Source: the human T2T-CHM13v2.0 reference genome, Homo sapiens
Assembly (NCBI RefSeq): GCF_009914755.1
Contig: NC_060937.1
DNA: 64,000 bases
Reading direction: 5' to 3' (one strand)
Part shown: positions 41,051-56,191 of the stretch, one piece after another
How the letters are laid out: the number at the start of each line of letters is the position of its first letter
Position numbering within the stretch: position 1 is the first letter of the stretch
The notes under the pieces: model-generated
What the model saw: the letters and a program-made list of their open reading frames with translations, nothing else
What the model was told of the DNA's origin: nothing
Databases searched by the model: none
Position numbers and translations under genes: made by a program

Positions 41051-42130
41051 TGATGATCAGAGAGATTTCTCCATGGACCATCTTTCCTGAAGACATTCTG
41101 TGTTCTCAGCTACAACTATATGAGGAAACAGACTGGTCTATTTATTTTGACCACTTCTCATTGCAAGCTGAAAGTATATTTCAAGAGCTGAAATCAGAAA
41201 AGATGAGATTATCAGAGAACCAAATGGGGGAGCCCAAGACCTTCTGTTTATAGCTAGCAGTCAATACACAACGTGGGCAATTTCTTAGCCTGCTCAGCAG
41301 CAGTGAGATTGTGTTGCCCACCTGACATATACTCAAAGTGCTTCCCATCTGGTTCTTTGTATTTCCTTCAGTGACTAAGTGAGAAATTCTATGGGGGCCA
41401 GGTGGGAGGAAACCTTATTAGGAGAGGTGACAAATCTGACAAGAACATGTGCTAGAAGGCTGTCCGTTAGCTGCCTGGGGAAGAGATGAAAGAGGACCCA
41501 AAAACCGGACCAAAATTAGCTTTAAGAAGTCCTTGAGCATCTGCCATAACAGAAGGTCAAGGCCTCCAAGATGACACCTGCCACTTGACAATCCCAGACC
41601 TCAGTAGAAACCAATCCATAGGTTCTCAACTTCTTGGAGCCAGAGTGGGAGCTCAGTGTCCATCCCTGGGCCAGGAGAGACTACTCACACCCGCCTGAAC
41701 TCTACTGGCCCTCTTCTGTGACTGGTTCCATTTGGTGTAATTCAAGTTGGCCAGCATCTATAGAAGGACTTCTTATGTGTTAGGTAACAGGCTAAGAGCT
41801 GGGACACAATAGCCCCTGTCCTCAATAGACTCCTAGTCTCACGGTTGCCAATCCAAGCTTGAAATCCCTTGACCATGGTATAGCCACATGTAGGGATAGG
41901 CCACGAGTGCTGCAGGAGAAGGGAAAAGAGCCTACAAGCCTGGGGGAAGTGGGGAAAAGAGCTTCATCATAGATGGTATTATAGTCACTTTCTGAATAAA
42001 AAGATTTTACAAAGAGCCAGTCTCTAGATGCTAGTTGAATTGGGATGAGTCACATGGCCTGTCCTCCCCATCATGAAGTGGTTGCACAACTGAGATGCTG
42101 CACTGACCACATCTGTCTCCTACTTTCCCC

Positions 42131-42586
42131 AACCAAAAAGAATCTGAGACGTCTCAATCAATTTAGAGGTTTATTTAGCCAAGGTTAAGGACATGCCTGA
42201 AGAAAAGGGACACAAAACCACAGGAAAAATGTGTGATCTGTGCATTTTTTCCAAAGATGGTTTTGAGGGCTTCAATATTTAAAAGGGAAAAGCAGGCTTG
42301 AGGGAAAGGAGGGAAGATATGGTCACGTTACTGGATCCACATGTTGCAGGAGAAAAGAAGTAGGTGGTAGAATAGTCAATTATGTATTTGCCTCACACTC
42401 AGCAAATCGACACTTTAAGTAAGATAAAGTGAACATAGAGTAGCTCCCTGTGGAGTTATCTGGCCTTTTATCTGTCGCTATCAGCTTAGGAACCAGAGGA
42501 AAGGCAGTTTCTTGCCTAACTCAGATTCCAGCTTTTTTCCTTTGTCATGGTGAATTGGGGTGCTGAGTTTTTATTTTCCTTTCTCA
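42131..42586 (-). mobile_element. MER4-type ERV1 LTR
   Basis: tctgagacgtctcaatcaatttagaggtttatttagccaaggttaaggac ... ttattttcctttctca. Confidence 0.75.
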
Positions 42587-42699
42587 CCTAGTCTCATTTT
42601 CAGATGCCAACCTCTTTATTTGTCCAGCCAGAACATTCTGTCATTATTTAAATTGTGAAGGGCTCTGACAATAACTCCTGGTTCTCCTAAACCTGCCAG

Positions 42700-43449
42700 T
42701 GATACAGACGGGAGACAGGGAAATACTGGGTAGAAGAGGGCAGTTCCCCAGCAAAGGCCCCACCCTCAAGCCTGGAAACCACAGCCCTAAATGAGGACAG
42801 TTATCCCTTTTTCCCATCCAAAGATTATGTTTTTGGCCTGCCCTGCCCCCCTGTCCTGTGCCCACATAAACCCCAGACCTCAGCTGGCAGAGAGACAAGC
42901 AGCTGAAAGTCAAGAACGGAAGAGGCAACTGAGCGTCAGAGACTATGGATAGAAGCGGCTAACTTCAGATGGCGTGACTTCAAAGAGGAACCTGGCCCTA
43001 GATGGCCAGGCTTCAGGGAAAGATCACCTTCTTTTCAGACCATCCCCTTTCCAGCTCCCCATCTGCTGAGAGCCACTTCCACCACTTAATAAAATACTCC
43101 GTATTCATCATCTTTCAAACCATTCGTGTGACCTGGTTCTTCCTGGACGCCAGACAAAAATTCAGGATGCACTTGGTGCAGGAACCCAAAAAGGCCATCA
43201 CACTGACTCTTGACTGAGCTGTTTAATACTCAAGCTGTCCACAGATGGCAAAGCTAAAAGAGCTTAATTGTAACACACCCCCAAATGCTGCCCTTGGGCC
43301 AGAGCCCAAAAGCACTCGCCCTAGCTCCTGTACCCACTCACCTGCATACTCCCTCTCCCACAAGGGGTTTGAGCACACAGTGGGCAAGTAAATGAGGCAC
43401 ACCCCTGTCACAAGTCCTGCGAGGGGATCAAGGGAACTCTCCCATCTCA
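42700..43449 (+). mobile_element. MER50-type ERV1 solo LTR
   Basis: TGATACAG...gggaaatactgggtagaagagggc...gggaactctcccatctCA. Similar throughout to 45972-46763. Confidence 0.8.
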
Positions 43450-45971
43450 TGACCACAACAGCATCAAAAAAATGTGGTGCACAAGGCTATGGCACTATCA
43501 CTCACCCCTTTACCTGAGGACCTGGAGACAGTTCACAGGTGCCAGTGGCCCCTGTTCAACTCTACCTCGGCTTTCTGTCCTTCTCCTTCAGTAGACGCAT
43601 TTCAATGGTGTGACATCATGATTTTCCCAGTTTTCTCAGCCCTTTTCCACTTTACGTGCAGAAGAATATCTCCCCCATGAAAAGACACTTGCTGCTTTCC
43701 CTGAAGTTGATGGGAGAGATGTTTTTCTTCTGCGAAGGTGGGGAAAGCTTAAAAAGTAAAGACTATGGAGGAAACCCAAGTAGCCCTGGGAGTGTCCTGC
43801 TCAGACACAGCTGCAAACACTGGCCTGGAAATGCTCATTCGCAGCTGAGACCAGTGGGTCTCCTTTCCTCATTTTCTACTCTCTATAAAGAAAATAGTCT
43901 CTCTGAAGGAGCAAGTAGGAAGCAGCCTGTCAGAGAGTCACCATGTGCTCCAGAGGCCAACTTAGCCAAATCCAAGCTGAGAGTAGGCAGCTTGCATTTC
44001 TGACCTTTTGAGCAGGGGCCCCTGCCATCTCAGGACCTCTGCCATCTCCTGAAATAGTGCCTGAGCATGGTGAGCTGCTCCAGCCCATTTAGAAAATGGC
44101 CCAGAAGAAAGTGAAAATACAGCCTCAAGCTCCCTCTAAAATATTCCCCCTGCCCTATCACCCCTAACTTGTGCATAGTTCTGTGTCTCTTTTCTTGGCC
44201 CAAGGAATTGGAATAAGTAAAAACATTTTTAAAGGGTCTTTTTTTTTTGTCAAAAACATCACTGGCTGGAATGTGTGACAGCCTGAATGTGTTTGTACTC
44301 AGATAAAAACAAAACTCCCCTTGAAAATCCTTGAGCAAAACAAATCTCTAAGGACATAACTGCAGTGACACAAAGTCATGGATGAACTCTCACCCTCTGA
44401 CAGTTTCCTTCTGTGGCATTCCTTTATCTCTGAAGCATCCTGGGCTCTGTGTCCACGTGTGCTTGCTGACATGTGGCTGGGAAGGGTCCTCTCCAAAGGT
44501 TTCCTGGTTCTATATCATGACATTCTTGAGAGGGGCTGTAAGCACCCCAACATCGTGAACTCTGATCCTATCTTTCTCCATACAGCTGCCCCCATCTCTA
44601 GGTCTGCCACAGAAATGAAAGAATGAGTGAGGAAGTGTGTAAATGAGTACCCCACAGTGGTGAGGGAGGAAGCAGAGAGGGGGGAAGATCCACACTAAGT
44701 AAGGAGAGAGGACAATCATGGTCCTGGTGGCTATGGCTGTAGAAGACGCCTCTCCTTCCCCTTCTCTGCACATTCTAGCTGTGCTTCCTCCAGGCCCAGA
44801 GAAATCACTAACTGGTGGCCTAGGTAGTTTCTTGTTATCATCTCTTCTTCATTGCTATGGCCACCAGTTTTCTTGGCCCACACCTAGGGACACACTGTGA
44901 CTAGCTGTTAAACAGGGCTTTAGGATTTATCAAAAATGATCACATTTTGTGTCCCATTGCATCCTAACAGCAGTCAGCATCATGCATTCCTTAGCCCTGG
45001 TCTACCCCATGGCCACCTCCTTTACCTCCTCTTGTATTGGCTCCCCCTTCCTGGCCAGTCCTCTCTCTGTGGGGCCACTCAGGGCTGTATCTTCCCTGCC
45101 TCTTCCCTTCCCTAACCCCCACTGATTATCTGGATGTGTCCATCAAGTGTCATGGCTTTAAAGACCATACATCTGATGACTATGACATCTGTGTCCTCAG
45201 ACCTGATGTCCCCCTAAATTCATACAGTCATGAGTCACTGAATGATGGGGATGCATTCTGAGAGATGTGTTGTTAGGTGACTTCATCACCGTGTGAACAT
45301 GAGAGTATACTTACACAAACCCAGATGGCATAGCCTACTACACACCTGGGCTATGTGGTATGGCCTATTGCTCCTAGGCTACACACCTATACAACGTGTT
45401 ACTCTACCGAATACTATATGCAAGTGGAACACAATGGTAGGCATTTGTGTATCTAAACACAGAAGAGGTACAATAGAAATATGGTAAAAGATTAAAAATG
45501 GTGCACCTGTATAGGGCACCTACCCTGAATGGAGCTTGTGGGACTGGAAGTTGTTCTTGTGAATTTTAATAATAATTATTATTATTTTAATAATAATTTA
45601 ATAATAAATTAACATTAGCTTAATGTATTTTTTCTTTATGTTTCTTTTTTTGCTTTTTGACTGTATGAAATATCCTATATGTCCCTATTCTATAAGCTTT
45701 TTTCTATTTTTACATTTATTTACTTATCTTCCTGTTTAAAATTTTTTTATTAAAAGCTAAGGCGCAAATACACACACTAGTCGAGGCCTACATAGGGTCA
45801 AGATCAACAATACCACTGTTTTCCACCTCCACATCTTGTCCCGCTGGAAGGTCTTCAGGGGCAATGACACCCATGGAGCTCTCATCTCCTATAACAATGC
45901 CTTCTTCTGGATACCTCCTGAAGGACCTGCCTGAGGCTATTTTACAGTTACTTTTTTTATATAAGTAAAAG

Positions 45972-46763
45972 CGATAGGGACAGGAGGCAGGGAAATTACG
46001 GGCAGAAGAAGGTGGGTCCCCAGCAAGGGCCCCACCCTCAAGCCTAGAACCACAGCCCAAAGTCAGAACATTCATTGCTGTTTTCCTGCTCGAATATTGC
46101 CTTTTCAAAAACCACCCATGGCCTACCCTGCCCCCTGTCCTGTGCCCATAGAAACCCCAGACTCCACCAACAGAGAGGAATAGTGGAGAAGCAGCTGGAT
46201 ATTGGAGACCTATGGTTGGACATTAGAGAGAAGAGGCTTGACTTCAGAGGGACGGTTTGATGGCATTGCTCCAGGGGAAGATTACTTCCCCACTCCATTC
46301 CCCTTTCAGCTCCCCTTCCTGCTGAGTACCACTTTCATCAGCAATAAAACCCCCACATTTACCATCTCCAATTTGTTCACGTGACCTCATTCCTCCTGAA
46401 TGCCAGACAAGAACTTGGGTATGGGTGCAAAGGGCAGTCACACTGATGCTCCACTGAGCTGTTAATACTTAAGCCATCCATGGATGACCAAGTTGAAAGA
46501 GCAGTGACTGTGACACATTTTCTGGGCCTTCAGGAGTCGTGGGCATCCCCCTAGATGCTGCCACGGGGCCACATGGAGTTTTACTCCTGCCAGCACCCAA
46601 AAGCACTCACCTCGGCTCCTGCACCCACTCGCATGTGCTCCTGCTCCTGCGAGGGGTGGAATGAAGCAGGACCAAGTGAATGGAGTCCATCCCTGCTGGC
46701 ACCAACACACCTGTGCACTCTAGTTCCCACCTGCGAAGGGGTCAGGTAAAATTTCCTGCTTCA
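45972..46763 (+). mobile_element. MER50-family solo LTR nested in Tigger3
   Basis: (C/T)GATAGGG...cctgcttCA, degenerate 4-bp TSD aaag/gaag. Confidence 0.8.
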
Positions 46764-46805
46764 GAAGGAATACACTCTAAAATAACCATAAAAATATAGT
46801 ATATT

Positions 46806-47000
46806 AGTTTGCAAATATTTTCTCTCATTCTGTAAGTTGTCTTTTCACTCTGATGATTGTTTCCTTTGCTGTGCAGAAGCTTTTTAGGGTGATATAATCC
46901 CATTTGCTTATTTTTGGTTTTATTGTTTGCGCTTTTGAGGTCTTATTCATAAAATCTTTTCCCAGACCAATGTCCTGAAGTTTTTTCCCTATTTTTTTTT
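46806..47000 (-). mobile_element. L1 ORF2-region fragment
   Basis: tttgcaaatattttctctcattctgta...tttcctttgctgtgcagaagcttttt is classic antisense L1. Confidence 0.85.
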
Positions 47001-49627
47001 AATAACAATGCCCTCTTCTGAAATACCTCCTGAAGGACCTGCCTGAGACTGTTTTATAGTTAGCTTTTTAAATATATAAGTAGAAGGAGTACATTCTAAA
47101 AGAATAATAAAAAGTATAAGATACTAAACGCATAAACCAATAACATAGTTATTTAGTACCATTAGCAAATATTATGCACTGTGTATAACTGTATGTGCTA
47201 GACTTTTATAGGACTGGCAGCACAGTAGGTTTGTTTATACTAGCATCACCACAAATGCAAGTAAGATAAAATTATCTTATTTATGTAAGTGCCTGTCTGT
47301 TTATTGTCTGCCTTCTTGCTATTGGGACCTGAGAGTCACATGGTCAGGGGCAGTGTCTGAATGCTTAATGCCGAACCCTAGTGTCTGGAATGGCACCTGG
47401 TAAAGAGTCAATGAGCCACATATGCTTGTTAAATGAGTGAGATGATGACTGAATGGAAACGGAAGCAGCTATTTCTAGCCTCCCCTTCTTTAAGATGAGA
47501 AACCTAAAGTCTACACTGGCAGGTCACACAGCTGGGGTTTAAATCCAGAATCTCTGACTTCCAGCCTGGTGCTCACACTAGCTACACACTGCTGCTGCTT
47601 CTAATAAAAGTAGCAGCAAATGTAAATTCAGATCATGCTTTTAAGGCATTGTTATTAGTTTTTTTGATCCCCATAGTTTAGAGTAGCCAGGGGAGGATTA
47701 TGATTTAATTTAAACAATAAAGTGACCTTGGCTCTCAAGCAGTTCTCATGTTACCAACACCATATTCACTTGAGGGGACAAGACCTCAGGCTTCCACAGT
47801 CTGAGAGGCCTTTCTGATTCCTCCCCAGCCTTTTGGAAGTGAGTGAAAGAGGGTCCAGAGATCAGGGAAAAATATAAATGGTTCCCGAATCTTCTCCACC
47901 CTCCTTAAACGTGAAGGGTCCTTGGGCTGATCAAGGGGCAGGGTGAGGAGCCAGTCCTTTGAAAGCTGCAGGCCATGGCTTATGAGAGGCCCCTGGTGTG
48001 GGGATAGAGTCATGGCGAGATTCAGAGCCTGGATCCCAGGCCTGTTTATAGACAGAGCAAACCTTGTCCTCTCTGGACCCTGGTTTCCCAATATCTGCAT
48101 GGAGGCCTTACTCCATATTGTCATCCCAGGCTGCTGGCCTGTTCTTCTCCCTCCTACCGACCTCCCAGGCCCTCCAGGGACAGCTAAAAAACTACTCTAA
48201 ACCTGAATCCAACCCCCTGGCCAAGACTGCCCTCTGCCTACCTCCCTCATGATAAAGCCTGCCCTGGCCACTGATCAGTGTGCAGACGGCAGGTAGGAAA
48301 AGAGGCTACCGAGGGCTGCAGCTTTTATTCTCTGAAATCACAGACCTGCCATGGGGGATATTATCAGGACTCCTGCTCCCAGATCCCTCTTTTCATAGAA
48401 ATAATTAATCCTCAGGATTTAAAGCCTTAAAGCCCTCTCTTCATAACCAGCTGCTCTTTGACCACCCCACCCAGACCCTGGGGAGAACGCCTTACAGGTT
48501 CTGAACGCAGAGCAGCATGCCTGGGAGGGGCACAGCCTGCACAGAGCCCTCCCACACAGGAGATCCTATGCCATTTCCCAAGTTTGGTGAAGCCCTGTGC
48601 AGAAGGCTTTAGATGTTCTTGTAAACAGCAAATCTGTGAGCTGAGGGCTACTACCTGGTGAACAGGGAACATGCCAGTCTTCTGTTTAGTTTGGAAGGTG
48701 GAACCTAAGGGTATTTAGCACATATTTTCAGAAATAAAAAGGAAAGAAAGAAAAAATTTTCTGTAAGAATATACTATCATTTAAAATGGCAGAATAATTA
48801 CTCACTGGATACTAATAATAAGAAAAGTGATATATAACTTAGGGAAATATAAAAAGATACACAATATTTTGGTTCAATAAATTTATTTCTCTGAATCTTG
48901 AACAGTTACCAATCAGATTGGGGTTTGCATAGTAGGGAAGAAAACAAATTCACATGCAGTGTTATCCTGTGGATGGAGGCCTCTTGGGAGTATATACAGA
49001 CCCCTCGCGCTGAGTGATGCTAAGCTCAGACAGCATGGGGTGAGGAGCTTTATTTGAGTCTTAGTTAAATGAGAATCCCTTGGACTCAGCAAAGACCTTC
49101 CACTATGGCTGGAGCTGTCAGACGGACCCCTAGTGGCTTTCTAGGCTCACTGACTAGCAATTGCAGTCCCCATCTGACAATTCTCTTTACATCTTTGACT
49201 ACCATTTGCAAAATGGAAAACTAGCTTTCTGCTCCATGAGATTTCAAACTGGAAGCAAGAAGAGATTGTCAACATTCACCTTGCTTTCCCCAATCCCCCC
49301 TCCCAAGTAAAACAGAGAAGAAAAGCAATGACCCCCACCCCCTCAACAGCCTAATGCAGTCAGGAGAGAGTTTTCTCTTAGAAATATAGAGACTTTTCTC
49401 CTTTATCTTTTATATAAATTAATATTATATTATTACAACAATCAAATTTCACTTTCAGAATCAAGTTTAACCTAAGGCTATTCTGAAGTTGTGCACACCC
49501 TTTCCTCAGAAGCCATCAGTAAAACTGTACCTGGCTGCATGAACATTTACCCATTTCCATTCCATCCTGCTGCTCCCGACTTATTGTGTGTCCACACATG
49601 ATAGTCAGGCCCCTGGCTGTTTCGGGG

Positions 49628-49919
49628 GTTTTTTGTTTTGTTGCTTTTTTGAGATGGGGTCTGTGTCATCCAGGTTGGAGTACAGTGGTGCAATCTCAGC
49701 TCACTGCAACCTCTGCCCCCCAGGCTCAAGTGATCCTCCTACCTCAGACCCCTGAGTAGCTGAAATCATAGGTGTGCACAAACACACTCAATTAATTTTT
49801 AAAATTTTTTGTAGAGATAGGGCCTCCAAGGCTGGTGTCAAACTCCTGAGCTTAGGTGATCCACCCACCTTGGCCTCCCAAAGTGCTGGGATTACAGGCA
49901 TGAGCCACTGCACTGGGCC
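49628..49919 (-). mobile_element. Alu (AluJ-like)
   Basis: TSD aggcccctggct at 49607-49618 and 49921-49932. Confidence 0.9.
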
Positions 49920-50129
49920 TAGGCCCCTGGCTTTATCATGCCTACCCAGTTCTCTCTAAGTCCCCTGCATCTTTGTTGTGGGCCACTCATGGGGTTCTAG
50001 AGCACAAGCCTCAGGCAGGTGAGGGCAGCAGAGACTTAGAACATCCTCAGAGAGACATTATGCCTGGAAATAGATAATTTATTTTACATTCTCACAGCTT
50101 GAGGAAATTTGCTTCAGAATAAATCGTGC

Positions 50130-50650
50130 CTTGAGTCTTACCCAGGTCTGATTTAGATGAGACTGTGCACTTCGGACTTTTGAGTTGATTGTGAAATTAG
50201 CTAAGACTTTTGGGGCTACTGAGATGGCATGATTTTGTATGTGATAAGGCCATGAATTTTGGGGGCCAGGAGCAGAATGTTATGGTTCAAATGAGTGCCC
50301 CAAAAGTTGGAAACTTAGTTGGCATTGTCACAGCATTAAGAGGGAAAGCATTTAAGAGGTGATTAGGCCATGAGGGCACCACTCTCATCAATGGAATACT
50401 GCCATTATCATGGGAATGGGTTAGTTATCATCCGAGTGAGCTTCTCGTAAGTTTGCCCTCCCTCCTGTCTCTCTCTGTTTTATGTATGCACTTCCTTGCC
50501 ATGTGATGCCTTCTGCCATGGAATGACCCTCGCCTGGTGCCATGCTCTTGGACTTTCCAGACACCAGAACCATGGGCCAAATAAACTTCTGTTCTTTATA
50601 AATTAATCGTTATGTTATTCTATTGTAGCATTAGAAAAAAGTCTAGAACA
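50130..50650 (+). mobile_element. MaLR (MST-type) internal 3' end plus LTR
   Basis: Polypurine tract gggggccaggagcagaa, LTR start TGTTATGG at 50278, aataaacttctgttctttataaatta, ends gaaca. Confidence 0.75.
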
Positions 50651-52001
50651 ATGACCCAAAATTACATATCTATATCCATGTAATGTTTTTCTCTTTGACG
50701 AATAGAAAACTATATTATTTTAGTATATTTGTAAAAGACCCAAGTACAATTTCTATAAATAAAAAAAAAACAACACCATTACTAAGATGGCTGGCCCAGG
50801 AAATTGGACACTGTGTAAAGGCAATAAGGGCCCACCAGCTGGACAGGACAGAGGCATGGGCTGAGACAGCAGTGGCTCCCAAGCCCCAGTTCTGTGCTGC
50901 TGTCTAGAGAGTGCTGGGGGCTCTGGGAAAACAAATCCAACCCAGGGCTCCAGGGAGCAGTGGGGCCCAGTAGAGCCCCATGATTCACAGATGGTCCTGC
51001 TTGTAGCCTGTACTTGCCATCCTGCTTCTCTTCCTGGCCTCTGCTTTCAGGTGCCAGAAGCAGGCCCAGACCACTGATTGCAGGGCCAGCCTGAAGACCA
51101 CAGGAATGGTATTCACCAGATAGACACATACCCAAGTGCCACCTTGGACCTCTGGGAGGCAAGGATGGGTTCTGCCAGCATGAGTGCCTTTCCCACATTG
51201 CAATTATAAACCCTCCTGCTGAATGGACGGGGCTCTCCACTATCTGGAGTTCGTCTTAACATTGGCATTGCTTCCCAGACTGAGTGCTGCAACTACTGTG
51301 ACAGGTGCTATGAGACTGGGGGCAAAAGCAAGAACAACTGGGAAGAGAAGTTCCAGTATTTATTGCCTCTTTAACATCTGCCAAAATGTGCAGAAAACAC
51401 TGGGACTGGCTCAGCATGTTCAGGCTTGTGAAACAACAATGCAGCTCTTGTTTGACAGTGTTAGACATTTAGGCTGTAAACCACACCTGGACAGCCAGTG
51501 GGTCCCATATAGGTGTTGCTGACAAAGAAATATTTGGTCTTTAAAGAAGTAGCTGACAGCTGGTGATAGCAGATTAAGACTGAAGGGCGTAACTTTTGAC
51601 ACAGAAATAATGCTTTTTCAGCATAATGCTGCCTTATTTTTGTGAAAGGATTATTTTAAGAACTTTTAACACTATAAATATGGGGGAAATCTTCACTTAG
51701 AAGTATATGTGTTTACCATGAAATTATAAATACACACTCACGCCTGGAAAGATCTCTTTTTTTCTATTTTAATTACACATAATAGTGCTGTTTCTCTGTA
51801 ACCCACTGAGCAGATAAATAAGTCATAGTTCTGTTAATGACAAGAACATTTCCTTGTCTGTTTCTTTTGTAAAACTGGAACCATCAACTGGTAATCTCTT
51901 AGGGATATTGACATATTATGCAATATGCCTAAAAGGTGACATGAACAAAATTCAGAAGGACAGCCACTCTTATTTTATGAATGACTAACTTAAAAAATGT
52001 C

Positions 52002-52124
52002 AGTTGGATGCAGTGGCTCACACCTGTAATCCCCATACATTCCAATGGCGAGGCAGGAGAATCACTTTAGCCCAGGAGTGAGACCAGCCTGGGCAACATA
52101 GTGAAGTCCCGTCTCTACAAAAAA
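52002..52124 (+). mobile_element. Alu left monomer (FLAM-like)
   Basis: cagtggctcacacctgtaatccc...gtctctacaaaaaa with no right arm. Confidence 0.75.
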
Positions 52125-52535
52125 TGTCTAAATTGGAGAAAAGATGGATTTAATGAAATAAAAAGTTTAACATAACACACACAAGAGCACTATTTGCTGT
52201 TATACTTTAGTGTTTATTTCCTAGCACTTGCTCTTACTCACAGATTTTGGGATTATTTTTAAAGACTGAAACCTTTTACTAATAGTGGTCTTAATAAAAA
52301 TTGTTCTTGAAAAAAAATGCAACCTAAATTTAAAATTCTATGGACAGGTCAGCCAGCAGACTGGGCACAGTAGAAGAGAAAATTAATGAAATAAAAATAA
52401 AAGAAATAATTCAGAATACAAAAATAGGCTCCCCAAAATCATGGAAAACATGAGAGGTTAAGAAATATGGAGGCTAGATCAACATAGTCTAGATATGTTG
52501 GGAGACACCAAACCATAGATTCAAGAAGCCAAATG

Positions 52536-52893
<358 letters not shown>

Positions 52894-53535
52894 TTACATT
52901 TACCAGAGAACAGTTATACAGAAAGCTGATTTCTCAATAGCAATTATTGATGTGGAAGCCAAAAATCAGTAGAATGGTATCTTTCATGTGATGAAAGACA
53001 ATAGCTAGCAACCTAGAATCGTCTAATGAAAATATGTGTCAAGAATAAGGAGAAATAAAGAATTTTTAAATGGAGATTCATTACCAGGATTAAATATGTA
53101 TAACACATTTTATATTATATATTACATATTATATTATATACAGTATAGTATATATATCATATATTACATTGTAAATATGTATATATTACCAGTATTACAT
53201 ATATAGATAAATTTAGGGGAACATTGACAGTATTATATAAAAATTATAAAATGTCTAGTATTTTTATAAGTTATAAGAGAATTACAACAGAAAGCAACAA
53301 TATATATAATTTTGGAGGAATGTAAATGGAGCTGAAGTATTGAAAATTCTTTGTATAATTATATAAAAAGAGAGACTTTTTAAAAGTTCTAACTAGAATA
53401 TTAACATACTAAAAGTAGCAGTATATAAAACCAAAATAATATCACGAATCCAGGTCAGTTTATCTGACAAATGCAAAGTTGGTTTAACATAAGCAAATAA
53501 TGTAATGTAATTCAACACATTTAACAACTTGATTT

Positions 53536-54413
<878 letters not shown>

Positions 54414-54599
54414 TTAATTTTTAAATGATTATCTTCCTAGATGCAAAATAACTACCTGATAAAATACAACATTTATTCATAATAAGAACTTTAGAAAACT
54501 AGTACAAGAGGAGAACTTCATTAATACAATTTTAATAGTAACATCCATGAGTTTTGCCCCTCAGCATTCTCACCTTACAGAATCCTCCTCTCTTGATCG

Positions 54600-55122
54600 T
54601 GACTGCCTCTGGCTATTAGAATTTTGCCAATGTAATTAAGGTCCAAAATTAGTTAATCTATGAGTTAATCAAAAGGAAGATTATCCTGAGTGAACCTGAT
54701 TAACCAGATTTAAGCCCTGAGGTGACAGGCTTTTCTTGCTGGCTTGATGAGGAATTGTTGAGGAATTCCACATGGCCAAGAACTGTAACCAGCTTCTAGG
54801 AACTTTAGGCAACCTCTAGGACTTTAGGATAGTCAGCCAAGGATTAGCAGATGGCTGAGGACCTCAGTCATTCCATCACAAGGAAATACATTTTGTCAAC
54901 AAACTGAATAAACTTGGAAGCAGATTCTCCTGCAGTCAAGCCTCCAAATGAAAATGCAGCCCAGCTGACACCTTGGTTACAACCTTGTAAGATTCTGAGG
55001 AAAAGATCAAGTGAAAACCTGCCTGGACTCCTGACCTACCAAAGCTGTGAGATAATAAATGTTTGTTGTTTAAAGATGCTATGTTTGTGGCAATCTGTTA
55101 TGCAACAAAAGAAAATGAACAC
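54600..55122 (+). mobile_element. MLT1-type MaLR LTR
   Basis: atgtaattaaggtcc...gattatcctgagtgaacctgattaa ... gataataaatgtttgttgtttaaag...gaacaca. Confidence 0.7.
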
Positions 55123-56191
55123 AGTAATAAATGATATCTACCATGAAAACAAAAGGCCACCATCTCCATACTTACTGAAAAATATTATTTTCCCATTGCC
55201 ATTTCAACAAGATATGAGTGCCTACCATCTCTATATTTATTTAACAGTATTCTTACAGTAGAAAAAAAGAAACAAAAGCTCTAGGAATTAGAAAGGATAC
55301 AAGACTTACTATTTACAGATAATATGTCTGTGTATATAGAAAATCCAAAAGAATCTATAGCTAAAATATTCAAATAAGAAAAAATATAACTAAGTGTAGC
55401 AATATAGCTAAACTATTCAAGATCAATATACAAAATATCAATTTTATTTCTATAAGCAAGAAACAAACAGAAAATAAATTAAAGATAAAATTTGTAATAG
55501 GATCAAATGTATCAAATATTTAGGGATCTAAAATACATATGCAAGACCTCTATAAGAAATTTTTTAAACGTTGAGAGTTAATAAGATAGACTACTAAAAT
55601 ATTAATAGTTTGGGGAAATTCAATATAGTCTTTTCTCTCTAAATTATGTATTCAATTCAATTCCAATCAAAATCCTTGCTTTGTAAAGCTTTACATTTTG
55701 ATTATAAAAAGTATATGAAGTTTTTTCCTCCTTTCTCTTCCTGAACATTTCAGCTCACAAGGGTGGGGACAAAACAGGGAGTTGTGTTGATCCAGAGTGA
55801 AGGATTGGGGCCTGAATGAAATGAGAAGGGCCCTAGTGGCGCCATGTCACCCTGCACAGTGCTGGAGGTCAATTGAGATCATTGTTGTAAGGTGGGCAAA
55901 AGAAATGAGGTATGAAAGACTGAACAATATCAGGAGGCACCCACACACAGATGGAGCATGTGTCTTCAGCACCTAAGGGAGGTGAGGATGGGTCATCTGC
56001 ATAAGAGGGCAGCCTGGCACAGGGTGTCTGAGGAAGGATCAGGTGAAGATGGCATCCACTTGGGAGGAAAAATGGCAGAGGCAACCAATGAAAGGTAGAA
56101 GAGTCCCAAGTGGGAGTGAAGAGTGCATCTGCATGGGAGCAGGGACACAAAAGATTGGTTACACACTCGGGGTTAAACAAATAACTAAATA

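Larger units (their letters stand above)
45225..47264. mobile_element. Tigger3-type DNA transposon fossil, interrupted
   Basis: TA+CAGTCATG terminus, tacttacacaaacccagatggcatagcctactacacacct. Broken by an LTR and an L1 piece, and sits in L2-like sequence. Confidence 0.8.

Noticed and set aside
49125-49138. CTCF-like motif (minus strand GCCACTAGGGGTC)
   Set aside because: It has a mismatch in the core and cannot be supported without ChIP data.
50782-51240. 152-aa minus-strand ORF and neighbours
   Set aside because: I recognise no motif or splice structure, and the length is plausible by chance in GC-richer DNA.
53090-53210. TATATTACAT-rich tract
   Set aside because: It is ordinary low-complexity sequence within old L1-like DNA.
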